Shown: one piece after another, positions 45,486-54,026 of the stretch | How the letters are laid out: each line of letters starts with the position of its first letter | Numbering within the stretch: the first letter of the stretch is position 1 | DNA from: an uncultured Acidobacteriota bacterium | GTDB lineage: Bacteria > Acidobacteriota > Terriglobia > Terriglobales > Acidobacteriaceae | Direction of reading: 5' to 3' | Assembly (NCBI GenBank): GCA_903832295.1 | Contig: CAILAZ010000227.1 | Location: 12,998-76,997, forward strand | Length of the DNA stretch: 64,000 bases | Translations under genes and position numbers: made by a program | The notes under the pieces: generated by a model | Databases searched by the model: none | What the model was told of the DNA's origin: nothing | The model's input: only the letters and a program-made list of their open reading frames with translations

Positions 45486-46808
45486 TCACCTCGCCATGTC
45501 GGCAAACATCTTTGGCCCCCATCCCATTTCGCGCAGGTGCTCGCTGAGCTCCGAACGGAATTTTGGATGGGCTATTTCTATGAGTGCTTCAGCGCGCTGG
45601 CGCACATTCCTGCCGTGCAGATAAGCCACGCCGTATTCTGTTGCCACGTAATGCACATCGGCTCGGGTCGTCACCACTCCGGCACCGTTCTTGATGCGGG
45701 GAACGATGCGCGAAACAGTTCCATGCTTGGCCGTGGAGGATATCGCGATAATGGGCTTGCCTCCGCGGCTTCGAGCTGCGCCGCGCATGAAGTCCACCTG
45801 CCCTCCAAAGCCGCTGATGAAGCGCGCGCCGATGGAATCCGAGACCACCTGCCCTGTAATATCGATCTCGATTGCAGAGTTGATGGCTACTACATTGTCA
45901 TTCTGCGCAATCACAAACGGATCGTTTGTGTAAGCACTGGGCTGGAAATCGAAGATCGGATTGTCATCGACGTATTCGTACCATTCCCGTGTGCCCAGCG
46001 CGAATCCCAGCACAATCTTATTTGGATTAATTTGCTTTCGAGATCCAGTGATTATTCCCTTTTCGATGAGAGGGATCGCACTCTCGGTCAGTGTCTCGGT
46101 ATGGATTCCGAGATCCCTGCGGTCAGCGAGAAAGGGCAGAATTGCATTTGGAATGCCGCCGATGCCAACCTGCACGCAATCCCCATCTCCGATCAGAGTG
46201 GATACATGGCGGGCGATCATGCGATGTTCTTCCGTCGTCTGCTCCGGCACAAGTTCCGGGAGTGGTTGCGAGCATTCCACAATCGCGTCAAATTCGCTGA
46301 CGTGCATGAAGGTGTTGCCGAATGTACGCGGCATGCGGTCATTCACCTGTGCGATCCGGATGCGGGCGCAACGAGCCGCGGTCAGCGTGGTTTCCACCGC
46401 CACCCCAAGACTGCAATATCCATGACGGTCCGGAGTGGAGACCTGCAACAGCGCTACATCGATCTCGATATCCTTGTCCCGGAAGAGCCCCTCGATTTCG
46501 CTGAGATGGACGGGGATGTAATCGGCGCGCCCCTCGAGCACGGTCTTGCGCATGTTGGCGCCGATGAAGAGAGCGTTATGCCGGAAACTCTCGGCAAATT
46601 CGGCACGATTGTAAAATGCCTCCCCGAACCCGAGCAGGTGGAGCATCTCCACATTACGGACCTGGCCAGAGCGGCGAGTAAGAGCCTCCAGCAGCACTTG
46701 CGGAAATGCCGCATTAGCGTGCACATAGACGCGCATATCGCTCTCGACTGCGCGCATCGCCGCATCGGCGGACATCAATTTCTTCTGATACTCGGACTGC
46801 CAGGGCAT
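45486..46808 (-). CDS. acetyl-CoA hydrolase/transferase family protein (4-hydroxybutyrate/succinyl-CoA:acetate CoA-transferase-like)
   Basis: ORF 45486..46931 trimmed to ATG 46808 (MPWQSEYQKKLMSADAAMRAVESDMRVYVH...). Length of about 440 aa and the GGQVDF motif fit the family. Confidence 0.8.
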   Translation of the reverse strand: MPWQSEYQKKLMSADAAMRAVESDMRVYVHANAAFPQVLLEALTRRSGQVRNVEMLHLLGFGEAFYNRAEFAESFRHNALFIGANMRKTVLEGRADYIPVHLSEIEGLFRDKDIEIDVALLQVSTPDRHGYCSLGVAVETTLTAARCARIRIAQVNDRMPRTFGNTFMHVSEFDAIVECSQPLPELVPEQTTEEHRMIARHVSTLIGDGDCVQVGIGGIPNAILPFLADRRDLGIHTETLTESAIPLIEKGIITGSRKQINPNKIVLGFALGTREWYEYVDDNPIFDFQPSAYTNDPFVIAQNDNVVAINSAIEIDITGQVVSDSIGARFISGFGGQVDFMRGAARSRGGKPIIAISSTAKHGTVSRIVPRIKNGAGVVTTRADVHYVATEYGVAYLHGRNVRQRAEALIEIAHPKFRSELSEHLREMGWGPKMFADMAR

Positions 46809-46860
46809 AAGAGAAACACCTTCGATGAGTGTGACCTTCAAAACAAACAACGGATATTTT

Positions 46861-47316
46861 TTACTTGCGCTGCTCGCGCGCGTCCCGAACCTGCTCGTGT
46901 CCGCGCACCGCGTAATACATGGCACGATCAAAAAACTGATCCACCATTTGCGTGAGTTCCAGCTCTCCGAAAATCTGTGCGGTAGTTTCCAGGTTCTCGT
47001 TGTCCTTCAGATACTCCCAGAGGTTTTCCTTTACCAGCACGATGCACCACAACAACTGGCTTACCGGGACACACTGTTCGGCACGACGGGTGCCGATCAT
47101 GGTGTACCGGCGTTCGATGTCTTCCTCCGTCTTGGCAACAAGCCACTGACCCAACTGCCCATAGATTCCGCCAACCAAGGTCTTCACCTCGCCTGTCGAA
47201 ACCCGCCAGTAGTCGGCGCACCGCTCCGAGGCCACAATTCTCGCCTCCAGCGATTCCGCAAGCGCCTCGGCGTGAGTCTCGATTAGTCGCATCAACCTGT
47301 GAGCCAGTATCGTCAT
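46861..47316 (-). CDS. hypothetical all-helical protein (first gene of the CoA-transferase/kor operon)
   Basis: GTG-initiated ORF 46861..47334; the ATG at 47316 has a GAGGT about 9 nt upstream. No motif recognised; a vague resemblance to RsbR-type non-haem globin sensor domains is a guess. Confidence 0.5.
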   Translation of the reverse strand: MTILAHRLMRLIETHAEALAESLEARIVASERCADYWRVSTGEVKTLVGGIYGQLGQWLVAKTEEDIERRYTMIGTRRAEQCVPVSQLLWCIVLVKENLWEYLKDNENLETTAQIFGELELTQMVDQFFDRAMYYAVRGHEQVRDAREQRK

Positions 47317-47618
47317 TTGCTCTACCTCGATCACCTAAATGACATGCCACCCTTCAGAAGCCTCCCGCACGCTCCTGAGGACCGTATAGTCTGTTCGTTT
47401 CCGGCGGCTCCAGCCGTGATTCGAGTCACCACCTCCTGTGACTATAATCACCGCCGTAACCGGCTTACAATCAATAGGTTGCGGAACCCTTGACTTTAGC
47501 CTCTTCGCACCTTGAACGCTGACAAGACAGCCCACCATGAATTTGAGCCGGGAAACCATGTTTATTGCCTGGTGGCGCGCTGTTCCTGTCCGATTAGCAT
47601 CGGAAATGCTGCGGTCGA

Positions 47619-48068
47619 TCAGGCCGTAGGGGCCTCTTCGATGGCGTGAATTTTCTCCAGGCGACCGGAATGGCGGCCTCCAGAAAATGGCGTATCCAGC
47701 CAGATTTGCACGATATGCTTGGCGTTGTTCTCATCAAGAATTCGTGCCCCCAAGGTGAGGACATTGAGATCGTTGTGTTCGCGCGAAATCTGAGCTTCGT
47801 ACTCGCTGCAGATATTGGCGGCACGGATGCCGGGAACTTTATTGGCTGTGATCGCCATACCGATTCCGGAGCCGCAGACCAGAATCCCGCGCTCGGCGCG
47901 CCCGGCGGCTACGTCCTGAGCCACCCTCACGGCATAGTCGGGGTAGTCCACCGAGTCAGAGGTGTTCGTGCCTTCGTCGATGACCTGGTGACCTTGTTCC
48001 GTGACGTACTGGCGGATGCTGTCCTTGAGCAAATAGCCGGCGTGGTCGGCTCCAAGCGCGAGTTTCAT
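47619..48068 (-). CDS. rpiB: ribose-5-phosphate isomerase B
   Basis: ORF 47619..48140 trimmed to ATG 48068 (MKLALGADHAGYLLKD...); LVCGSGIGMAITANK. Confidence 0.9.
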   Translation of the reverse strand: MKLALGADHAGYLLKDSIRQYVTEQGHQVIDEGTNTSDSVDYPDYAVRVAQDVAAGRAERGILVCGSGIGMAITANKVPGIRAANICSEYEAQISREHNDLNVLTLGARILDENNAKHIVQIWLDTPFSGGRHSGRLEKIHAIEEAPTA

Positions 48069-48155
48069 GTAGGTATTGTATCCGGGAGCGGTTCTCATGA
48101 CACACAGAAATCGAGGCCGCACAGAGTCGGCACCGGACATGCGTTGCAGCTGTCA

Positions 48156-49352
48156 CTACAGGGTGAGTTGAAGAGGTGCGGCCTCAACCGAATTGCCCTC
48201 GGCATAAGCACGATTGAATGCGCGAGCCACGAAACGGGTCACCAGGAAGCCGTCCATGTATTTGTAGGGCGACTCGCCGAGCGTGTAATGGCCGCAAGGA
48301 AGGCACCGGATCTCCGCACTAAGCTTGCGTTGCCGGAACTCTGCGGCGATCTTCTGGCTGAACTCCGGCAGGAAGGTGCGGTCATAAGCAGTGTGAATCA
48401 TCAGTACGCGCTTGGGCCAGCGCTCGAACTTGTCAAAGAAACTCATGGGGCTGACGCAAGCCAGCACTCGGCGCAACTCAGTGCCGTTGAGCACTTTTTC
48501 GATGCCTGCGCGGACGTGCCGGGTGGAGAAACCAGTCCAGACAACGTCTCCAAAATAGGTCGATGCGTGATTGAAAATATTGACCCGGATGCGGGCATCG
48601 TGAGCGCTGGCGTTGAAGGCGTAACAGGAGCCCAAACTCGTGCCCAGGACGCCAAATTCTGTGTAGCCCTGCTGTTCGAGCCAGTCAACGCAGCAGCGAA
48701 TATCAATCACACCCTGCCTGGCGGCGTGGATGGTGCGGCCAATATTGGAACTGACCGAGTAATCGGCGCGGTGCAGTTCGGCAGGCATTCGAATGTCGTG
48801 ATACGGCATGCTCAGCCGCAGAGTTGAAACTCCGAATAGGCGAAACAGGTTTGAAAAGGCGTTGTGGCTGATCGCATCGCCATTCCACTGCGGTATCGCG
48901 ATTATTGCGCGCTTCGGCTTCCCCTTCGCGGGCGGTGTTGGAAACCAGCGCGCGTTGACCACGTCATTCTCCGGATACGGTGAGCGGACAGGCGAGGTAA
49001 ATCTCAGAAAGGTCCCGAACTGTCCTGCATACTTGGCGTCATCAACCTCGGGATTCGCATGACTTCCGGTGCCATGTACGCGGATCGGTCGCTGCTCAAG
49101 GCGGAAGTCCGTGGGTGTCCGGTAGCCGAAGAACTCTTCGCTGTTTGCGACCAGCCGATCATTCAGATCGAAGAAGAAGCGTTTCTGCTCGTCGAGTGGA
49201 GCGGATTGCAAGTCGGAGGTGTCCGGAACTCCGGGAAAGTCACCAATCCAATCCATGCCCCATTCGAACGGACGCACGATGCGATTGCTGTCGCGTGTCT
49301 CGAGACGATACTCCCAGGCATTCATCCAGCGTGCATAACGAGAGCGGATCAT
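48156..49352 (-). CDS. alpha/beta-hydrolase family protein, unknown substrate
   Basis: 398 aa, nucleophile elbow GTSLGS, late His (CGHYT). Confidence 0.6.
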   Translation of the reverse strand: MIRSRYARWMNAWEYRLETRDSNRIVRPFEWGMDWIGDFPGVPDTSDLQSAPLDEQKRFFFDLNDRLVANSEEFFGYRTPTDFRLEQRPIRVHGTGSHANPEVDDAKYAGQFGTFLRFTSPVRSPYPENDVVNARWFPTPPAKGKPKRAIIAIPQWNGDAISHNAFSNLFRLFGVSTLRLSMPYHDIRMPAELHRADYSVSSNIGRTIHAARQGVIDIRCCVDWLEQQGYTEFGVLGTSLGSCYAFNASAHDARIRVNIFNHASTYFGDVVWTGFSTRHVRAGIEKVLNGTELRRVLACVSPMSFFDKFERWPKRVLMIHTAYDRTFLPEFSQKIAAEFRQRKLSAEIRCLPCGHYTLGESPYKYMDGFLVTRFVARAFNRAYAEGNSVEAAPLQLTL

Positions 49353-49470
49353 AGGCGTTCGTAAGCACTCAGTTTACCAAGGGAGGGGATGATGGCGGAG
49401 TAGCTCGCAGCAAGATGTTGGCAGAGCGCGTTGAAAGGCAATGAGGCGGGGCTCAATGGCACCGCCTCTC

Positions 49471-50607
49471 CTACTCGACGTACACCCGGGGAACCCGCGG
49501 GGAAAGCCCGCAGAGAATCTCGTAAACGATCGTCCCAGCGAGCCGGGCCTGATCGTCGGCGCCAATCGAACAATGTTGACTGCTCCCGATCAGCAAGACT
49601 TCATCTCCGATGGAAGCTTGAGGGATATCGGTGACGTCAACCGTCGTTAGGTCCATGCTGATGTTGCCCACGATCGGAGCGAAGTGGTCATGCAGAATCA
49701 CTTGTCCACCCGAGGAAAGCCGGCGGTTGAAACCATCTCCATAGCCGACAGGGACGACGGCCAGGCGCGTGGGGCGCGCCGCGCGCCAGCGCTGGTTGTA
49801 GCCAACCGGGGTGCCGGGAGCAATGTCACGCAAAGCGATGATTCGCGTCTTCCAGGTAAGCACCGGGCGCACGGGAAGTGCGGCTTCCCTGGCCCCAGGG
49901 CCTTCACACTGGAGGTTATATCCGTAAAGCGCCAGGCCAGGACGAACCATATTGTTCCATGTATCCGGACGGGCCACGGTTGCGGCGGTATTAGCGAGGT
50001 GGCGGTAGCGGGGGTGTAACCCGGCAGCGGCAAGTACTTGGATGGCTCGGGCGAAATCCAGACGCTGCTGCAAGGCGGCAGGGGAGTCCAGTACCTCGGA
50101 CTCTGACAGGTGGCTGAACACTCCTTGAAGTTCGACAACGGGAGACGATGCGATGCGTTGAGCCAGCGCAGGAAGTTCCGCCATCGATGCTCCCAATCGC
50201 GCCATTCCTGTATCCACCTTGAGGTGAACGGGAACACGATGAGAAATGGCAATCGCGGCGGCTGCACGTTCCAGGGCCTCGATGTGTTCGAGCGTGGCAA
50301 TCGCCGGGATGAGGTCACACCGCAGAATCGTCTCTTCTTCCCCGCGCCAGAATCCGGTCATCACGAGGATGGGCAACTTCACCCCTGCATCGCGCACGGC
50401 AAGGCCCTCTTCCGTGGAAGTGACGCCCAGCCAGACTGCCCCAGCCCCCTCCAGTGCATGCGCGCTCTCGATGACACCGTGACCGTAGGCATCACACTTG
50501 ATTACGCAGCAGGGGGTGACGTTGGACCCGAGGTGCCGGGCGACGACGCGATAGTTATCGGCCAGCGCGGAGAGTGAAATCTCAGCCCAGTTGGGTCTTG
50601 TGTGCAT
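49471..50607 (-). CDS. alr: alanine racemase
   Basis: TTG-initiated ORF 49471..50634; the ATG at 50607 gives MHTRPNWAEISLSAL..., the usual Alr N-terminus. PLP-Lys motif VIKCDAYGHG. Confidence 0.9.
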   Translation of the reverse strand: MHTRPNWAEISLSALADNYRVVARHLGSNVTPCCVIKCDAYGHGVIESAHALEGAGAVWLGVTSTEEGLAVRDAGVKLPILVMTGFWRGEEETILRCDLIPAIATLEHIEALERAAAAIAISHRVPVHLKVDTGMARLGASMAELPALAQRIASSPVVELQGVFSHLSESEVLDSPAALQQRLDFARAIQVLAAAGLHPRYRHLANTAATVARPDTWNNMVRPGLALYGYNLQCEGPGAREAALPVRPVLTWKTRIIALRDIAPGTPVGYNQRWRAARPTRLAVVPVGYGDGFNRRLSSGGQVILHDHFAPIVGNISMDLTTVDVTDIPQASIGDEVLLIGSSQHCSIGADDQARLAGTIVYEILCGLSPRVPRVYVE

Positions 50608-50736
50608 GGAGAACTTCTGTTGTGTGGATGACAAGAGAATTTGACCTTAACAAAAACAGTATAGCTCCGCGCGGCTCTTGCAAAAGGGGAGTACGGAGCG
50701 TTTGTATCGGAAATAAAGTGAAACCCCGAATCCCTG

Positions 50737-52113
50737 CTAGGGAATCCACTCTTCTCGCACCAATGTCTCAAAGCGCGTGGAGGCCTTAATAAACGCAAGC
50801 TGGATAGTGTTTGTGGGGCCGTTGCGCTGTTTGGCCACAATTATCTTGGCCTTGTCTTTCAAATCGGGATTGTCACGGTCGTAGTACTCGGGACGGTAAA
50901 TAAACATAACGATATCGGCATCCTGCTCGATGGAGCCGGATTCGCGCAGATCGCTGAGTTTCGGCTCGGAATCCTTGCCGCCCCGGGTTTCTGGAGCACG
51001 GCTCAGTTGCGAAAGTGCGACGACTGGAACTTTGAGTTCCTTGGCAATTGCCTTTAACCCGCGAGATATAGCGGACACTTCCTGCGTTCGATTTTCATAG
51101 CGACGGCCCCCAGGAGCCGAAGCCGACATCAACTGAAGGTAATCCACGACAATGAGGTCCAGACCGTCTTTGTCCATTGCCTTGCGGCGAGCCTTGGCGC
51201 GCAACTCGGTAAGCGAGATTCCTGGCGTGTCATCGATGTAGATGTGTGCTTGATTCAATTTGGCCAGCGCTGCTCGCAGCTTGCCCTGGTCCTCGCGGGT
51301 GATGAATCCGGTGCGCAGCTTCTGGGCATCCACGTGGGCCTGCGAACAGAGCATGCGATTAAGCAGTGCTTCCTTGGACATTTCAAGCGAAAAGACCGCA
51401 ACGGTTTTGCTGCCGAGGATGGCCGCATTCTCAGCAATATTTATGGCAAATGCGGTTTTACCCATGGAAGGACGGGCCGCGATAATGATGAGGTCGGACT
51501 TCTGAAGACCGCTGGTCATGTCATCGAGATCGGCGTAGTAGGTCTCAAGACCGGTGACGCGGCCGCCGCGTTGAAAGAGCTTATCGAGATCTCCTCCGAA
51601 AGCTTCGTGTGCAATCGTCTTGATATCAGTGAGTTGCTGACCGCTGCGCTCCTCGGAAATGTTGAAAATGCTGGACTCGGCAGAGTCGATGACTTCGGCA
51701 GCGGTGCTTGCCTGTTCGAGCGCTTGCGAGATCACTCCATTGGCCGCATGGATGAGGTTACGCAGCATCGCCTTGTCGCGCACAATGCGAACGTAGTGTT
51801 CCACGGAGGAACGCCGGGGAACGCCGTCCGTGAGCGACGCCAGATAGCCTGCGCCTCCGACCGCCTCCAACTCCTTATATCGCAGCAGTTCCTCTGTGAG
51901 GGTGACGATGTCGATGGGGCGGTTGGTCTCAGAAAGATCAGCGATCCGCTGGTAAATGCGGCGATGCGCGTCTAAAAAGAAGTGCTCGGCTTTGAGCGAC
52001 GAAAGAGCCTCGTTCTGCAGGTTGTTGTCGAGCAGAATCGCGCCCAGAATGGAGCGCTCGGCCTCAGGACTGGCTGGGAGACCGCGATCGAGACTGTAAT
52101 CGGTTGCAGGCAT
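50737..52113 (-). CDS. dnaB: replicative DNA helicase
   Basis: 458 aa: Walker A ARPSMGKTAF, LIVVDYLQLM, SQLSR, ESGSIEQDAD. No intein. Confidence 0.95.
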   Translation of the reverse strand: MPATDYSLDRGLPASPEAERSILGAILLDNNLQNEALSSLKAEHFFLDAHRRIYQRIADLSETNRPIDIVTLTEELLRYKELEAVGGAGYLASLTDGVPRRSSVEHYVRIVRDKAMLRNLIHAANGVISQALEQASTAAEVIDSAESSIFNISEERSGQQLTDIKTIAHEAFGGDLDKLFQRGGRVTGLETYYADLDDMTSGLQKSDLIIIAARPSMGKTAFAINIAENAAILGSKTVAVFSLEMSKEALLNRMLCSQAHVDAQKLRTGFITREDQGKLRAALAKLNQAHIYIDDTPGISLTELRAKARRKAMDKDGLDLIVVDYLQLMSASAPGGRRYENRTQEVSAISRGLKAIAKELKVPVVALSQLSRAPETRGGKDSEPKLSDLRESGSIEQDADIVMFIYRPEYYDRDNPDLKDKAKIIVAKQRNGPTNTIQLAFIKASTRFETLVREEWIP

Positions 52114-52141
52114 AGTCTGAGTATCTCAAATCCCTTGCGAA

Positions 52142-52178
52142 AATGAGGCCCGGAGAAGCCAGCCGCCTCTCCGGGCCT
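52142..52178 (-). terminator. strong intrinsic terminator 28 nt upstream of the dnaB start codon
   Basis: Minus-strand RNA: AGGCCCGGAGA (52178->52168), 11-nt loop, UCUCCGGGCCU (52156->52146), then CAUUUUCG. Confidence 0.7.
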
Positions 52179-52636
52179 TCAACGTCGCGCTGTGCTGCGT
52201 GTGGTGACTCGCTCCCGCCGCCTTGCGGAAACCTGGGAGTCTGAGCGTCGAGTGGACTCCGCGGACTTTGATCCGTTGTCGGAGGCTCGCGCCCGACTCC
52301 CCTTCCGGCTCTAAGCGGCGACCCTGTTGCCAAGGGGCAGGGCAGTCCGGTTTGGATCTCGGTTGCTATCCACCGTCGGCTGCGATTTCTCGCGCCTGAA
52401 CCGTGGTTGGGCCGCGTTGTCGCAAACCCTCCGCTACCAATTTCCAACCGGATTCTGCAGTGCCTTTCGCTGCTGTTCGAGCCGGGAAGCACCACGCAGC
52501 GGCATACGCGCCGTTGCGTTATTTGAAGAGTGCAACAACCAGAACGATGTTGAACGTGAAATCTGACCCGACCTTGTGGGAATGCTGTTCGGAAGACAGA
52601 AATGTTGTGGATTGCTGTGGAAAACGCGGCCTAAGG

Positions 52637-53164
52637 CTAGGGTGCGGACTCGGGTTCAATTACATTGCGGAACCGGCGAAAGAGACGGAGCGACGCCTCA
52701 ACTTCGTTGTCCTCCCGCTGGCGCTCCTTCACCGAGGACTTGGGTTGCTCGGAGCCGCTCCAGAGCATGGCACGGTCCCGTGCATCGAGAATGCTCAAGC
52801 GAATCTGAGTTACGTTGGGGCTGGAGAGACTTCTGCCGGACCCGGAAGAACGTCCGTTGCCGCCGCTGATGCCCACGCCGGAATCCGACATGGGAGCGAC
52901 TATGGAGACGATCAAGTCGGCTTTGGCTATCTCATAGACAACTTCGAAGTGTCCCCAACCCTGAAATGCTTCTGAGATGACCTCGTTCGGCAGACGCCCT
53001 CCGAGATGCTCAAAGTAGATGCTACGAGCTGCCAGCAGGCGAGCATGGGGTGCTACCACGGGAGGACTTGTCTCCTGTGCTGGCAAAACCCCACCGAACG
53101 GGAACATCATCATCACAAAGAGTGCGGCTGTCCGAAATACCCGGTGCTGTCCGAAGGCGAGCAT
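52637..53164 (-). CDS. secreted hypothetical protein
   Basis: 175 aa with signal-like N-terminus MLAFGQHRVFRTAALFVMMMFPFGGVLPAQE and a Gly/Ser-rich central segment. Confidence 0.5.
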   Translation of the reverse strand: MLAFGQHRVFRTAALFVMMMFPFGGVLPAQETSPPVVAPHARLLAARSIYFEHLGGRLPNEVISEAFQGWGHFEVVYEIAKADLIVSIVAPMSDSGVGISGGNGRSSGSGRSLSSPNVTQIRLSILDARDRAMLWSGSEQPKSSVKERQREDNEVEASLRLFRRFRNVIEPESAP

Positions 53165-53182
53165 TTGCGTCTCCTGCCTTGG

Positions 53183-53512
53183 TTACCAACTTTTCAGATA
53201 CTCTGCCATGGCTCGAACTTCATGATCTGAAGCTTTTACTTTGTGCATGATGGCGAAGCCAGGATTAAGCGGCTTGCGGCCAAGGCGGCGATAAACATCC
53301 TCCGGATCGCGAATAAAGTCCTCGACGGTGTGCAAATCGTACTGGGGCAGAATCGTGCTGAGATTAGGACCGCCTCCTGAGAAGTGGCAGCTCGCACAAC
53401 CGAGACGGGCAAACGATCGCTTGCCAAGGTCGAGTTCGTAAACGTGATAGGAAGCCCAGAGGGCAAATACAGCAATCGGAAGAAGGATCACCAGCTTTAA
53501 CTTCGAATTCAC
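53183..53512 (-). CDS. membrane-anchored monohaem c-type cytochrome
   Basis: GTG start (AAGGAG upstream). N-terminal TM helix and a single CASCH haem-binding site. Confidence 0.65.
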   Translation of the reverse strand: MNSKLKLVILLPIAVFALWASYHVYELDLGKRSFARLGCASCHFSGGGPNLSTILPQYDLHTVEDFIRDPEDVYRRLGRKPLNPGFAIMHKVKASDHEVRAMAEYLKSW

Positions 53513-53568
53513 ACTTACTCCTTGCGAAACTTGTGTTCTGGCCGGTTCCAGACACCGGGATCATAGGG

Positions 53569-53904
53569 CTAGCGCTGGGCTGACAGATAGAAGGAGAGCG
53601 CCACCACGTCGCGTCCCGAAGCCGCAAGCCGCGGCATGGGAAGGTATCCTACGTTCAGTGACCGATGTCCCCTGCACGCATAGACAGTCTCGGGATTGCC
53701 AATGAACTCGGCCAGAGCTGCTCGGTCATACTTGCTTCCCACGTGCGCAAGCGAAGGTGCACCCCCGGCAAGATGGCAAGCCGGACAGCCTAGGCGCGCA
53801 AAAGCGTGCTCGCCCTGTGCTACGCGAAGGTTTCGATACGACAGGCCCACGGAGACAGTGACGCACACAGCCAGGACCAGCCAATGCCAGAATCTCAACT
53901 TCAA
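53569..53904 (-). CDS. membrane-anchored monohaem c-type cytochrome (paralogue of 53183..53512)
   Basis: ORF 53569..54102 trimmed to TTG 53904 (GGAG 8 nt upstream), giving LKLRFWHWLVLAVCVTV...; this removes the overlap with the GT gene at 54027. CPACH site; FARLGC.ACH..GG.P.L shared with the neighbouring gene. Confidence 0.6.
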   Translation of the reverse strand: MKLRFWHWLVLAVCVTVSVGLSYRNLRVAQGEHAFARLGCPACHLAGGAPSLAHVGSKYDRAALAEFIGNPETVYACRGHRSLNVGYLPMPRLAASGRDVVALSFYLSAQR

Positions 53905-54026
53905 CGGATGTTCTCCGTGACTCCTTTTGAGTATGCCTGAAATTCGAGGGAGGGGAAATGGAGGAATATTCCAATTCCTCGACTTCCAGCCGCAGGGCAA
54001 CTTCCGATAAGCTCTAATCGGCAGCC

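Noticed and set aside
52575-52624. Three DnaA-box-like 9-mers (TGTGGGAAT 52575, TGTGGATTG 52606, TGTGGAAAA 52616) as a possible oriC next to dnaB
   Set aside because: Only one (the complement, TTTTCCACA) fits TTWTNCACA; the other two match 7/9. There is no AT-rich unwinding element, and the strand-composition skew does not change sign here. Too weak to call.
52114-52636. tmRNA, RNase P RNA or SRP RNA identity for the dnaB-upstream non-coding block
   Set aside because: The minus-strand RNA has ...GAGUCACCA ending at 52202, but no GGUUCGAnUCC T-arm precedes it and there is no plausible tag ORF. AAAGUCCGCGG (52270->52261) resembles the RNase P P4 strand but lies at the 3' end, and no ACAGAACCCGGCUUA partner occurs in the right order. 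AGCCGGAAGGGGAG (52310->52297) has the GGAA tetraloop but not the AGCA/symmetric-loop signature of SRP domain IV. Only look-alikes, so the block is left as unknown.
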